Source: Leucoraja ocellata (Eukaryota). From it: a stretch of 64,000 nucleotides of DNA. Of this stretch, positions 49,474 to 60,585 are shown piece after piece; the stretch's first letter is position 1; each line of letters begins with the position of its first letter. The stretch is from positions 1,426,001 through 1,490,000 of the forward strand of contig JAWMAR010000481.1 in NCBI GenBank assembly GCA_036785375.1, written 5' to 3'. Both the position numbers and the translations under genes were made by a program. Below the pieces are notes generated by a model. It was not told the origin of the DNA. It did not search any database and was given only the letters and a program-made list of their open reading frames with translations.

Positions 49474-52305
49474 AACCCCTGTCTCACAGTGCGAGTCCAC
49501 CCACGAGTGATCCCGAGTTAAAAACAAATCAAACTCGTGGTAATCACGTGGAATTAATGTAGGGGGAACGTCGGAACTCGTGGACGTAACTTAGCGACTC
49601 GTAACGCTAACGGCAGGTACTCGGGAAACTTGTTAACTCGTGAAAAATGTTCAACATTTTGAAAGATTTCCATGAGTCAAATTTACTCTTAAAGGAAAAA
49701 TGTGAAACTTTTAAACTCCTTGTAATACCGTAGTAGCCCGTGAGTTTACTGTAGTGACTCGTGAGTAACTCGTGGGTTTGGCCTGAGTGCCAAAAGTGAA
49801 ATGTTGAAGATTAGTCAGATCTTAATGGAACATTTTACAGTGATCTAATAATTCACTGTTCAGGAGCAAAAAGCACTCACCGGTGATCTGAGAAACAGTG
49901 GTAACAAGAATGAACCATACAGTGTTGGGAAAGCTGCATTGTGAGAGTGAATTAGTTCCCTTCAGAACTTTACCTTTTCACATTGAAACGGTGCCATGAA
50001 TCCCTGTTGGGTTAATGCACTTTTTATGGAGAAGCAGATATATGGGACAGGTGTCCGATCTCAGGATTTATATCCGACACATTAACATCAGTTATTGAAG
50101 ACTGATGCGTTATACAGGGGATTTTTGTCAGGCATCACTTTCCACCCAGTCTGTCCGCGTTAGAGAACAATTGCTCAAAACAATGTTGTAAATGGGATTT
50201 TATTTTATAATTTTATAAATGGGAATTTTATAAATGTCAAAATTATAAATGGGGAGGAACTGCAGATGCAGGTTTAATCCGAAGAAGGGTCTCGACCCGA
50301 AACATCACCTATTCCTTCTCTCCAGAGATGCCGTCTGTCGTGCTTAGTTACTCTAGCTTCTTGATAAATGAATCTTTGGAAGCTCCTTCATGGCATGTTG
50401 TTATTCAGAGTTTTAACTGTATTTGTACTAACCCATGCAATATGCTTGCAAAAGATAGGAAGCATTCAGTGGGGAAGTTCACAAAATAAGTTCAAGTAGG
50501 AACTGCAGATGATGGAAAATCGAAGGTAGACAAAAGTGCTGGAGAAACTCAGTGGGTACAGCAGCATCTATGGAGTGAAGGAAATAGGCAACATTTCAGG
50601 CTGAAACACTTCTTCAGTCTGAAGAAGGGATTTGGCCTGAAACGTTGCCTATTTCCTTCGCTCCATAGATGCTGCCGCACCCGCAAATAAGTTCACAAGC
50701 TGCATTGGTAATTCAGATTCAGATTCAGATTCAATTTTTAATTGTCATTGTCAGTGTACAGTACAGAGACAACAAAATGCATTTAGCATAAATTAAGACC
50801 AGAGTTATTTTTGTGTGTTATGTAAAATAAATTAATTTCTGGTTCTTTACATCACAAGTATTCTACTAAAAAGTTACCCACAGCTTTATGTTGTAAATGG
50901 GTTGGTTTCAGTCCAGCAAAAACACATAACATAAGTCCTTAATGACCTTTCTTAGAAACACAGCAAGAGAACGTGAGCTGTAGATGGGATATGACTCCAA
51001 TTTTTAACTAACCCCTGTTTTTGTATATTCATATTTTTCCAATAAATTATGGTATCTACACTAGATGATAGTCTACCGTACAATATAGGAAAACATTCTC
51101 ATATTTACAATTAAGGTCCAATTGTATTTGGGTTTTAAATAAAAAATCAGTTTACCTGAGGTTAAATTGAAACTTGGGCCAGACGCTGGGAAACTCTGGG
51201 ACGCCACTGCTGAAGAGCACATCTGAGCTTTGTCTTTCATTCAGCGGTTCGCTGGCGGGCTTGGGTGACTGTAGAGCTCTGAAAATGTTGTTTCCCAGGG
51301 CTGGGGTGAGTGTGAAAGGGGTGGTTTCTGAGCAGATCTGCCCAATCAGCAATGTTGTGAGCCGCTGCTTTTTATACAGTTTAAGTCGCAATGGTGGGAT
51401 CCCTGTTCTGACGGACATACTGGGTGAGTAGAGAGACACACACTGCTACCCCTCTGGTCTACGGACCTTGCTGTTGGGAGAAAAAATAACGTTAAAGTTC
51501 AATTTACCTAATCTTTTTGTTAGAAGTTTACTAACGTTTTGATGAGAGATAAATTAAGGGAATAAAATAATCTTACTAGACACAAAACGCTGCAGTAACT
51601 CAGCCAAGCCGGCAGCATCTGTGGAGAGAAGGGTCGAAAGGTTTTTTCAGTCAGAAGAAGGGACTCGACCAGAAACGTCACCCATTCCTTGTCTCCAGAA
51701 ATGCTGCATGTGCCGCTGAGTTACTCCAGCTTTTTGTATCTATCTTCGGTGTAAACCAGCATCTGCAGTTCCTCCCGACCCAAAACAGCCTCTGCCTTTC
51801 AATGACAAATGCTGTTCAAGTGGACTTTTGAATGCAATTTTGGAAGGATTGGTTCTTGAAACAAACTGCTCTAAAAGTTTGAAGGAAGGAATTGCAGATA
51901 CCAGTTTAAACCAAAGATAGACACAAAATGATGGACTAACTCAACTGGTCAGGCAGCATCTCTGGAGAAAAGAAATAGGTGATGTTTCGGATCGAGATCG
52001 TTCTTCAGGCTGGGTCTTTTTATAGTGAAAAAAACTGCATGACATCATTTTTACCATGTGATGATTTTTCCACACGTCGGTAGTCGTTGTTGGCTCTAGA
52101 GTAACTCTGGAGAGGAGCTTGGTAACTCGGGAGAGTAACTTGGTACATCGCAGAAATGAGAAGTAAATGGCAAACTTAGACATACACGTGGGAACTCGTT
52201 TAAACTCGTGAAAATAAACTTGGAATCTCGTAGACAACCACAAGTTTGATTTTTTCTTTCACTCGGGATCACTCGTAGGTGGACTCACACCGTGAGACAG
52301 GGCCA
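49474..52305. mobile_element. 2.8-kb PIF/Harbinger-like DNA transposon with nested repeats
   Basis: ~70-bp imperfect TIRs (CCCTGTCTCACRGTGYGAGTCCACCYACGAGTGATCCCGAGT...) and a perfect TTA TSD (49471-49473, 52306-52308). Confidence 0.85.
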
Positions 52306-52577
52306 TTAGTGTTAATGTATTTGTATAAGTGTTGTGGAAAATGTATTGTGTTCAATTATAAGAAATTAGAGTGTGCGCATAATTTCAAGGGTCAAACTCT
52401 GTATAAATGCTGAATGGAATTACAGAGCAGCAGGTAAGTGGGACTGTGCTGCTCTCCTTATGCACACGTCAATAAAGTGAGTCTGGAAAATGAATGCAAG
52501 TCGTTAGAGTCCAGTTGATCGGTGACGACAACACCAGACCTTGTCCGGTTTGTAAGCTTCCTATTTCTCATCTGCAG

Positions 52578-52880
52578 AATTGTCTGTCTTTATCCAAAAC
52601 CCCTCTACTGAAGAGATTTGGATCAACAAGACCGCTACTGTGGTGTGCGTGGTAATGGGCGCTGATCTGGGCCAGGTCCAAGTCTACTGGCAAGTGAGCG
52701 GAAGGGAGAGAACTACAGGGGCTGTGACCCGCCAACCGAGAGGGGAAAGTACACAAGACAGAGTGAGCCGTAAACTCCGGAGCAGTGTGGAGGAGTGGAC
52801 CAGCGGGGTGGAGGTTGTGTGCTCTGCCCAACGATCTCCATCATCCTCACCAGTGTCAGCACGGACAGAAAGTGCCAAAG
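52578..52880 (+). CDS. IgW: Extra constant exon CH3' (CH3 paralog downstream of the secretory terminus)
   Basis: ELSVFIQNPSTEEIWINKTATVVCVV...W...EEWTSGVEVVCSAQ...ESAK. Same 303-nt length as CH3, intact CTGCAG acceptor and AAG|GTGGGC donor, about 62% aa identity to CH3 by hand count. Confidence 0.9.
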
Positions 52881-52926
52881 GTGGGCGAGAGATCGGCAAT
52901 GATACGGCCAACATTAGTTACCATGA

Positions 52927-53275
52927 AGGGCCTTTCCCACTTACGCAACTATTTCGGTGACGGCCGACACCCGTCGTAGGTCATTGTAGGTCGCCAAAAA
53001 GTTTCAACATTTTGAAAATTCAGTGGCAACCTGAAAGACGTTACGACTCTTTGGGCGACTGAGGAGACTACTCACGCCCATGGAGGCAATAACCTGGTGA
53101 CATGTAGCGGGGTGAAGCCAGTATGGTCGTGAGTAGTCGTACCTTGAGTCAAATAGTCATACCTTGTGCTGGTCACCGCTGAATTTTCAACATGTTTACA
53201 TTTTTCGGCGACCTGTACCGACCTATGACGGGTGGCGGCAGATGCCGAAAAAGTCACGTAAGTGGGACAAGCCCT
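52927..53275. mobile_element. Harbinger-like MITE in the CH3'-CH4' intron
   Basis: TGA|AGGGCCTTTCCCACTTACG ... CGTAAGTGGGACAAGCCCT|TGA. Confidence 0.85.
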
Positions 53276-53317
53276 TGAGGAAGAGGATCTCACATCTACT
53301 TTGCTCCTCTGTTCCAG

Positions 53318-53635
53318 TTGAAACAAAAAGACCCAAGGTCAGACTGCTGCCTCCAGCTCACCAAGAGACCAAGCGCAGCCACACAGCCATCCTCGAGTGT
53401 GTGCTCTCTGGTTTCTACCCGGACCTCATAAACGTCACTTGGGAGAAAGACGGAGCCCCAATCTCCTCCACTACCAGCGCTACACCGACTGCTCTGGAGC
53501 AAGGGGGGACTTTCAGTGCCAGCCACTTCCTGAATGTGAGTTCAGATGATTGGAAGAAAGGCTCAGTCTTCGGCTGTACAGTGTCTCATCCCCCCTCGAA
53601 CACCAGTATCAGCCGGGAAGTGAAAAGCTTTCAAG
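53318..53635 (+). CDS. IgW: Extra constant exon CH4' (CH4 paralog)
   Basis: VETKRPKVRLLPP...LECVLSGFYPDLINVTW...FGCTVSHPPS...KSFQ. 318 nt like CH4, intact splice sites, about 69% aa identity to CH4 by hand count. Confidence 0.9.
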
Positions 53636-53769
53636 GTACGGTGCTGGGATTCACTCTAATCATCACATCTTTTACCCCGTCACAAAATAGGGTCCAGACA
53701 AGTTTAGCACTGAAGGACAAGTGTTGCAGTGTGTGAGTGAGGGAGTGATAACCAAGATGCCCAGACTAG

Positions 53770-54475
53770 AGTCAAGAAGAGTCAAGAGTGTTTTACTGTC
53801 ATATGTCCCAGACGGGACAAGGAAATTCTTACTTGCTGCAACACAACAGAATATGTGAATATGTAAACATAGTACCTAACGGGGGAAGTGAAAAAAAAGT
53901 TCAATAAATAACAAATAGTGCAAATAACAAATAATATAGTATTTAGCCTGATGTCCTGAAGCTCCTATATCATGTGCCTGACGGTAACAAGGAGAACAGT
54001 CTATGTGCTGGGTGGCCGTGGTCCCTGATGATGCTGTGTGCCTTCCACAGGCACCACTAGTGGAAAATGTCCTGAATGGCCAGGAGACAGTTGCCAGTGA
54101 TGTGCTGTGCCGCCTTCTCCACTCTCTGTAGTGATTTGCGGCTGTGGGCAGAGCAGTTCCCGTACCAGACTGTGATGCAGCCCGTCAGCAGGCTCTCGAT
54201 GGTGCATCTGTAGACGTTTGTGAGGATGCTGGCGTTCATGCCAAACTTCCTCAGTATTGTCAGGAGAAAGAGCCGCTGGCGGGCTTTCTTAGTTATTGTG
54301 TCCGTGTGCAGTGTCCAGGAGAGGTCCTCACTGATGTACACACTGAGGAACTTGAAGCTGCTGACCCTTTCAATGTCAACATCACCGATATGGATGGGGA
54401 GGTGTCCACTCCCCTGCTGTCTCCTGTAGTCCATGATCAGCTCTTTAGTTTAGCAGACATTGAGAGAGAGGTTGT
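53770..54475 (-). mobile_element. Rex1/Babar-type LINE fragment at the duplication junction
   Basis: DYRR....H.PI.I....IERVSSFKFL.V.ISEDLSW..HT..ITKKARQRLF.L..LRKFG...YRCTIES.LTGCITVWYGNC. Confidence 0.85.
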
Positions 54476-54598
54476 TCCTTATGCACACGTCAATAAAGTG
54501 AGTCTGGAAAATGAATGCAAGTTGTTAGAGTCCAGTTGATCGGTGACGACAACACCAGACCTTGTCCGGTTTGTAAGCTTCCTATTTCTCATCTGCAG

Positions 54599-54901
54599 AA
54601 TTGTCTGTCTTTATCCAAAACCCCTCCACTGAAGAGATTTGGATCAACAAGACCGCTACTGTGGTGTGCGTGGTAATGGGCGCTGATCTGAGCCAGGTCC
54701 AAGTCTACTGGCAAGTGAGCGGAAGGGAGAGAACTACAGGGGCTGTGACCCACCAACCGAGAGAGGAAAGGACCCAAGACAGAGTGAGCAGTAAACTACG
54801 GAGCAGTGTGGAGGAGTGGACCAGCGGGGTGGAGGTTGTGTGCTCTGCCCAACGATCTCCATCATCCTCACCAGTGTCAGCACGGACAGAAAGTGCCAAA
54901 G
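54599..54901 (+). CDS. IgW: Extra constant exon CH3'' (tandem copy of CH3')
   Basis: 8 nt differences from CH3' in 303 nt. Open frame and intact splice sites. Confidence 0.9.
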
Positions 54902-54947
54902 GTGGGCGAGAGATCGGCAATGATACGGCCAACATTAGTTACCATGA

Positions 54948-55293
54948 AGGGCCTTTCCCACTTACGCAACTATTTCGGTGACGGCCGGCACCCGTTGTAG
55001 GTCGTTGCAGGTCGGCGAATGTTTTCAACATGTTGAAAATCCAGTGGTGACCAGAAAGACGTTACGACTCTTTGGGCGACTGAGGAGACTACTCACGCCG
55101 ATACAAGTGACACCCTGGCGATATGTCGTGGTGTGAAGCCTGCATCGTCGTGTGTAGTCGCCCAAAGAGTCGTACCTTATGCTGGTCACCGCTGCATTTT
55201 CAACATGACCTGTTTCAAATTTTCGGCGACCTGTAACGACCTATGACGGGTGCCGGCAGTCACCGATAAAGTCGCATAAGTGGGACAGGCCCT
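54948..55293. mobile_element. Harbinger-like MITE in the CH3''-CH4'' intron (same insertion site)
   Basis: Same TGA TSD and position as the 52927-53275 copy. Confidence 0.85.
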
Positions 55294-55335
55294 TGAGGAA
55301 GAGGATCTCACATCTACTTTGCTCCTCTGTTCCAG

Positions 55336-55653
55336 TTGAAACAAAAAGACCCAAGGTCAGACTGCTGCCTCCAGCTCACCAAGAGACCAAGCGAAGCCAC
55401 ACAGCCATCCTCGAGTGTGTGCTCTCTGGTTTCTACCCGGACCTCATAAACGTCACTTGGGAGAAAGACGGAGCCCCAATCTCCTCCACTACCACCGCTA
55501 CACCGACTGCTCTGGAGCAGGGGGGGACTTTCAGTGCCAGCCACTTCCTGACTGTGAGTTCAGAGGATTGGAAGAAAGGCTCAGTCTTCGGCTGTACAGT
55601 GTCTCATCCCCCCTCGAACACCAGTATCAGCCGGGAAGTGAAAAGCTTTCAAG
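55336..55653 (+). CDS. IgW: Extra constant exon CH4'' (tandem copy of CH4')
   Basis: 5 nt differences from CH4' in 318 nt. Open frame and intact splice sites. Confidence 0.9.
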
Positions 55654-57246
55654 GTACGGTGCTGGGATTCACTCTAATCATCACATCTTTTACCCCGTCA
55701 CAAAATAGGGTCCAGACAAGTTTAGCACTGAAGGACAAGTGTTGCAGTGTGTGAGTGAGTCAAGAAGAGTCAAGAGTGTTTTATTGTCATATGTCCCAGA
55801 CGGGACAAGGACATTCTTACTTGCTGCAGCACAACAGAATATGTGAATATATAAACATAGTGCATAACCGGGAACGAGAAAAAAATAAAAAGTTTAATAA
55901 ATAACAAATAGTGCAAATAACAAACAATAATATAGTCTTTTGCAGTTCGGAGCTCAGAGCTTATTCATTGTGTTTAATAGCTTGATGGCTGTAGGGAAGA
56001 AGCTGTTCCAGTACCTGGACGTTACAGTTTTCAGGCTCCTGTAACTTCTTCCTGATGGCAATGGTGAGATGAGTGTGTGGCCAGGATGGTGTGGGTCCTT
56101 GATGATTTTGGCTGCCTTTTTGAGGCAGCGACTACGATAGATCTCTTCGACGGTGGGGAGGTCAAAGCCAGCGATGAACTGGGCAATGGTCACAACTTTT
56201 TGTAGTATTTTTTGGTTCAGGATGTTTGCTCCTATACTCAACTCCTCTTGTTATGAATGCCAACATGCCATTCACTTTCTTCACTGCCTGCTGTACCTAC
56301 CTGCATGCTTACTTTCACGATGCTGAACAAGTTGTCATTTAGAAGGCTAAAGGAAGTTTTGTTTGATGTTTTCACAAAGTTAATGGGAGCTAACAGAATA
56401 GATTATCCTGTGAAGATCTATTTACACACCTCCACATTCAGGGACAGTTTCTTCCCAGCTGTTATCAGGCAACTGCATCATCCCATCACATCCAGAGAGT
56501 GGTCCTGAACTACTATCTCCCTCACTGGAGACCCTCGGACTATCTTTGATTGGACTTTACTGGTTTTACCTTGCACTAAACATTAATCCCTTATCATGTA
56601 TGTATACACTGTGAATGACTCATTTGTAATCATGTTTTGCCTTTCCGCTGACTGGTTAGCATGCAACAAAAGCTTTTCACTGTACCTTGGTACACGTGAT
56701 AATAAACTAAACTAACTAGATGAGGAGGAATTATTTTTTAGTTGTATACAGTGCTCCCTGGGTTACAAATGATCTCCCTGATTTATGGAAATCCAACTCT
56801 ATACAAAGTACTGGGTCTAAAAGTTAGAGGTAGCCATGCTACATGAAGTGGGTCATGGCGTCTGAAGAAGGGTCTCGACGTGAAACCTCACCCATTCCTT
56901 CTCTCCAGAGATACTGCCTGTGCAACTGAGTTACTCCAGCTTTTTGCGTCTATCAGAGGTTCATGGAAGTTTGGAATTGCCTTCCACAGTTAGCATTTGG
57001 TTCCAGGTGTGAAGGTGATTTTATATCTGAGATTGCAGAGTTTGACTATACGAGATGATAATGGATGTGGGGGAAAGTCAGCTCAGTGGAGCTGGTGATA
57101 GATCTCCACATATCATTGAACGGTGGAACTAACCCAAGCCTCCTGTCTTCCTGTCCTCCTGTTGTCTTCATTTTATTCACACGTTGTTGATCTTCACAAA
57201 ACATCGGCGGCAAACTAACTGTCTCACCTTCTCATTTGTCCTGAAG

Positions 57247-57386
57247 CCGGCACAGAATTGACAGGTGAGGAAGGGAAGGTGGAGCCAGGGGACTTGGATG
57301 GAGATGACAATATGCTCACAGTTGCTGTCTTCGCCATCTTGTTCGTTATCAGTTTCCTCTACAGTACCTTCGTCACTGTTGGCAAG
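57247..57386 (+). CDS. IgW: IgW transmembrane exon TM1
   Basis: AGTELTGEEGKVEPGDLDGDDNMLTVAVFAILFVISFLYSTFVTVGK: acidic connecting peptide plus the antigen-receptor TM motif (F..LF..S..YST.VT). Phase-0 donor AAG|GTAACG. Acceptor is CTGAAG, with an in-frame alternative CACAG at 57255. Not in the ORF track. Confidence 0.92.
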
Positions 57387-57639
57387 GTAACGATGACCAA
57401 CGACAAAGATACTTTGTGACCCCCCCACACTGTGACCGTCCATTCCTCACTACACTGTGTTCTCTGACTCTTCAATCCTCACCACACCACGGCCAACAGA
57501 TGATGCAGTCTGGGACAATAAGGGGGGGGGTGTCAAATGGGATAGTCTGGGCCAGAGTTAAAGGGAAAGGGAGTAAAGGGATAGTTAATGATCCCAGAAT
57601 TAAAGGGAAAGAAAGCTCACAAAGGGATAGGAGAGTAAT

Positions 57640-60585
57640 AGGGATCGATGTGAAAGGTGAGATGTGTAAGGAATTAAAAGTATTGTATATGAATGTGCGA
57701 AGTATAAGAAGTAAAGTAGATGAGTTTGAAGCTCAGTTAGAGGTTGGTAGATATGACATGGTGGGGATTACTGAGACGTGGCTGCAGGAGGATCGGGCCT
57801 GGGAACTTAATATTTAGGGTTATACATTCTATAGAAAGGTCAGGCAGGTGGGCAGAGGAGGGCGGTAGCTCTGCTGGTGAGGGAGGGAATTCAGTCCCTT
57901 GTGAGGGAAGACATAGGGACTGATGAGGTAGAGTTACTGTGGATTGAGTTGAGGAATTACAAAGGCAAGAAGACCCTAATTGGTGTTATCTACAGACCCC
58001 CAAATAGTAGCCCAAATGTAGGATGTAAGTTGCAGCAGAAGTTAAAACTGGCATGTAACAAAGGTAATGCCACTGTGGTGATGGGGGATTTCAATATGCA
58101 GGTAGACTGGGAAAATCAGGTTGGTTCAGGACCCCAAGAAAGAGAGTTTGTAGAATGCCTCCGAGATGGATTCTTAGAGCAGCTTCTAATCAAGCCGACC
58201 AGAGAAAAGGCAATTCTGGATTTAGTGTTGTCTAATGAACCAGATTTGATAAGAGAACGAGAGGTAAAGGAACCGCTTGGAGGTAGTCATCATAATATGA
58301 TTAGTTTTAATCTGCAATTTGAGAAGGTGAAGGTTAAATCGGAAGTGTCAGTGATGTAGTTCAACAAAGGGGACTATGAAGGCATCAGAGAGGAGCTGGC
58401 CAAGGTAGATTGGAAAGGGTTCAAGAAGGAACTGCAGATGCTGGAAGATCGAAGGTACACAAAAATGCTGGAGAAACTCAGCGGGTGCAGCAGCATCTAT
58501 GGAGCGAAGGAAATAGGCGACATTTCGGGCCGAAACCCTTCTTCAGACTGGAAAGGGATCCTAGCAGGAATGACGGTGGAACAGCAATGGCAGGAATTTC
58601 TGGGCATAATCCGGAAGATGCAGGATCATTTCATTCCAAAAAGGAAGAAAGATTCTAAGGGGAGTAGGAGGCAACCGTGGCTGACAAGAGAAATTAGGGA
58701 TAGAATAAAACTAAAATAAAAGATGTATAACACAGCAAAGAGTAGCCAGAAGCCAGAGGATTGGGAAACTTTCATAGGACAACAGAAAGAAACAAAACGG
58801 GCAATACGGGCTGAAAAGATGAAGTACGAGGGGAAGCTGGCCAGGAATATAAAGAAGGGCAGTAAAAGCTTATTTGATATGTTAAGGGAAAAAGAGTAGA
58901 AAAGACAAATGTGGGTCCCTTGAAGGCAGACATGGGTGAAATTATTATGGGAAACAAGGAAATGGCAGAAGAGTTGAACAAGTGCTTCGGATCTGTCTTC
59001 ACTAAGGAAGACACATACAATCTCCCAGAAGTAATGGAGGACAGAGGATCTAAGGGGGTAGAGGAAATGAAATAAATTTTCATTAGGTGAGAAATAGTAC
59101 TGGGTAGGCTAATGGGACTAAAGGATGATAAATCCCCTGGGCCTGATGGTCTGCATCCCAGGGAGGTGGTTCTAGAAATAGTGGATGCATTGGTGATCAT
59201 TTTCCAATGTTCAATAGATTCAGGATCAGTTCCTGTGGATTGGAGGATAGCTAATGTTATCCCACTTTTCAAGAAAGGAGCGAGAGAGAAAACGGGGAAT
59301 TACAGACTAGTTAGCCTGACTTTGGTGGTGGGAAAGATGCTGGAGTCAATTTTTAAAGAGTTAATAATGGGGCATTTAGATAGCAGTAAAAGGATTAGTA
59401 CAAGTCAGCATGGATTTATGAAAGGAAAATCATGCTTGACTAATCTTCTGGAATTTTTTGAGGATGTGACAAGTAAAATGGATGAAGGGGTGCCAGTGGA
59501 GGTAGTGTACCTAGACTTTCAGAAAGCCTTTGATAAGGTCCCGCATGGGAGACTGGTGACTAAAATTAGAGCACATGGTATTGGGGGTTGACATGGATAG
59601 AAAATTGGTTGGCAGACCGGAAGCAAAGAGTAGGAAAGAACGGGTCCTTTTCAGAATGGCAGGCTGTGGTGAGTGGAGTGCCGCAAGGCTCGGTGTTGGG
59701 GCCGCAACTGTTTACCATATATATTAATGATTTGGAAGAGGGAATTAGGAGCAACACTAGCAAGTTTGCGGATGACACTAAGCTGGGTGGCAGTGTGAAC
59801 TGTGAAGAGGATGTTAGGAGGTTGCAGGGTGACCTGGACAGGTTGAGTGAGTGGGCAGATGCGTGGAAGATGCAGTATAATATAGATAAATGTGAGGTTA
59901 TCCACTTTGGCGGCAAAAACAAGGGGGCAGATTATTATCTCAATGGGGTTAGGTTAGGTAAGGGGGAGGTACAGCGAGACCTGGGTGTCCTTGTACACCA
60001 GTCACTGAAAAGTGGCAGGCAGGTACAGCAGGCCGTGAAGAAAGCTAATGGAATGTTGGCCTTCATAACAAGAGGATTTCAGTATAGGAGTAGAGAGGCT
60101 CTTCTGCAGTTGTATAGGGCTCTGGTGAGACCACATCTGGAGTATTGTATACTGCTTTGGTCTCCTAATTTGAGGAAGGACGCTGGTGTTTAGAAGGATG
60201 AGGGGGAGATCTTATAGACACATATAAAATTATAAAAGGACTGGACAAGCTAGATGCAGGAAAAAATGTTCCCAATATTGGGCGAGTCCAGACCCAAGGG
60301 CCTCAGTCTGAGAATAATGGGGAGGCCATTTAAAACTGAGGTGAGAAAAAACTCTTTCACGCAGTGAGTTGTGAATTTGTCCACAGAGGAGGCCAAATCA
60401 CTGGATGGATTTAAGAGAGAGTTAGATAGAGCTCTAGGGGCTGGTGGAATCAAGGGATATGGGGAGAAGGCAGGCACGGGTTATTAATTGGGGGTGATCA
60501 ACCATGATCACAATGAATGGCGGTGCTGGCTCGAAGGGTGAATGGCCTCCTCCTGCACCTATTTTCTATGTTTCTATGTTTCTAT
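57640..60585 (+). mobile_element. Near-complete degenerate CR1 ORF2 (APE endonuclease plus RT) in the TM1-TM2 intron
   Basis: YMNVRSIR.K...GITETWL; GVIYRPP; MGDFN; LDLVL; YLDFQKAFDKVPH; GVPQGSVLGP; KFADDTKL. Stops and frameshifts present; (TTTCTATG)n tail. Confidence 0.93.
58420..58548 (-). mobile_element. Short Penelope pLTR-derived insertion inside the CR1
   Basis: 129-bp sequence closely matching 9196-9324, flanked by the direct repeat TGGAAAGGG (58411-58419, 58549-58557). Confidence 0.8.

Larger units (their letters stand above)
52455..55935 (+). repeat. Tandem segmental duplication of the CH3'-CH4' unit (offset about 2.02 kb)
   Basis: Homology starts at TCCTTATGCACAC (52455 and 54476). 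It includes both exons, a shared MITE with the same TGA TSD, and a shared LINE 3' tail. Confidence 0.95.

Noticed and set aside
57261-57270. ACAG|GTGAGG internal donor/acceptor-like site in TM1
   Set aside because: Use as a donor would yield an 18-nt micro-exon with no evident partner, and there is no evidence of use.
52455-57400. Downstream C exons as a separate second Ig gene
   Set aside because: No leader, V, RSS, J, CH1 or CH2 was found between 47660 and 52578; that interval is repeats and one TSD-bounded transposon.
57416-60193. Endonuclease/RT ORFs as an active gene
   Set aside because: CR1 ORF2 broken by stops, frameshifts, a nested insertion and a 3' deletion.
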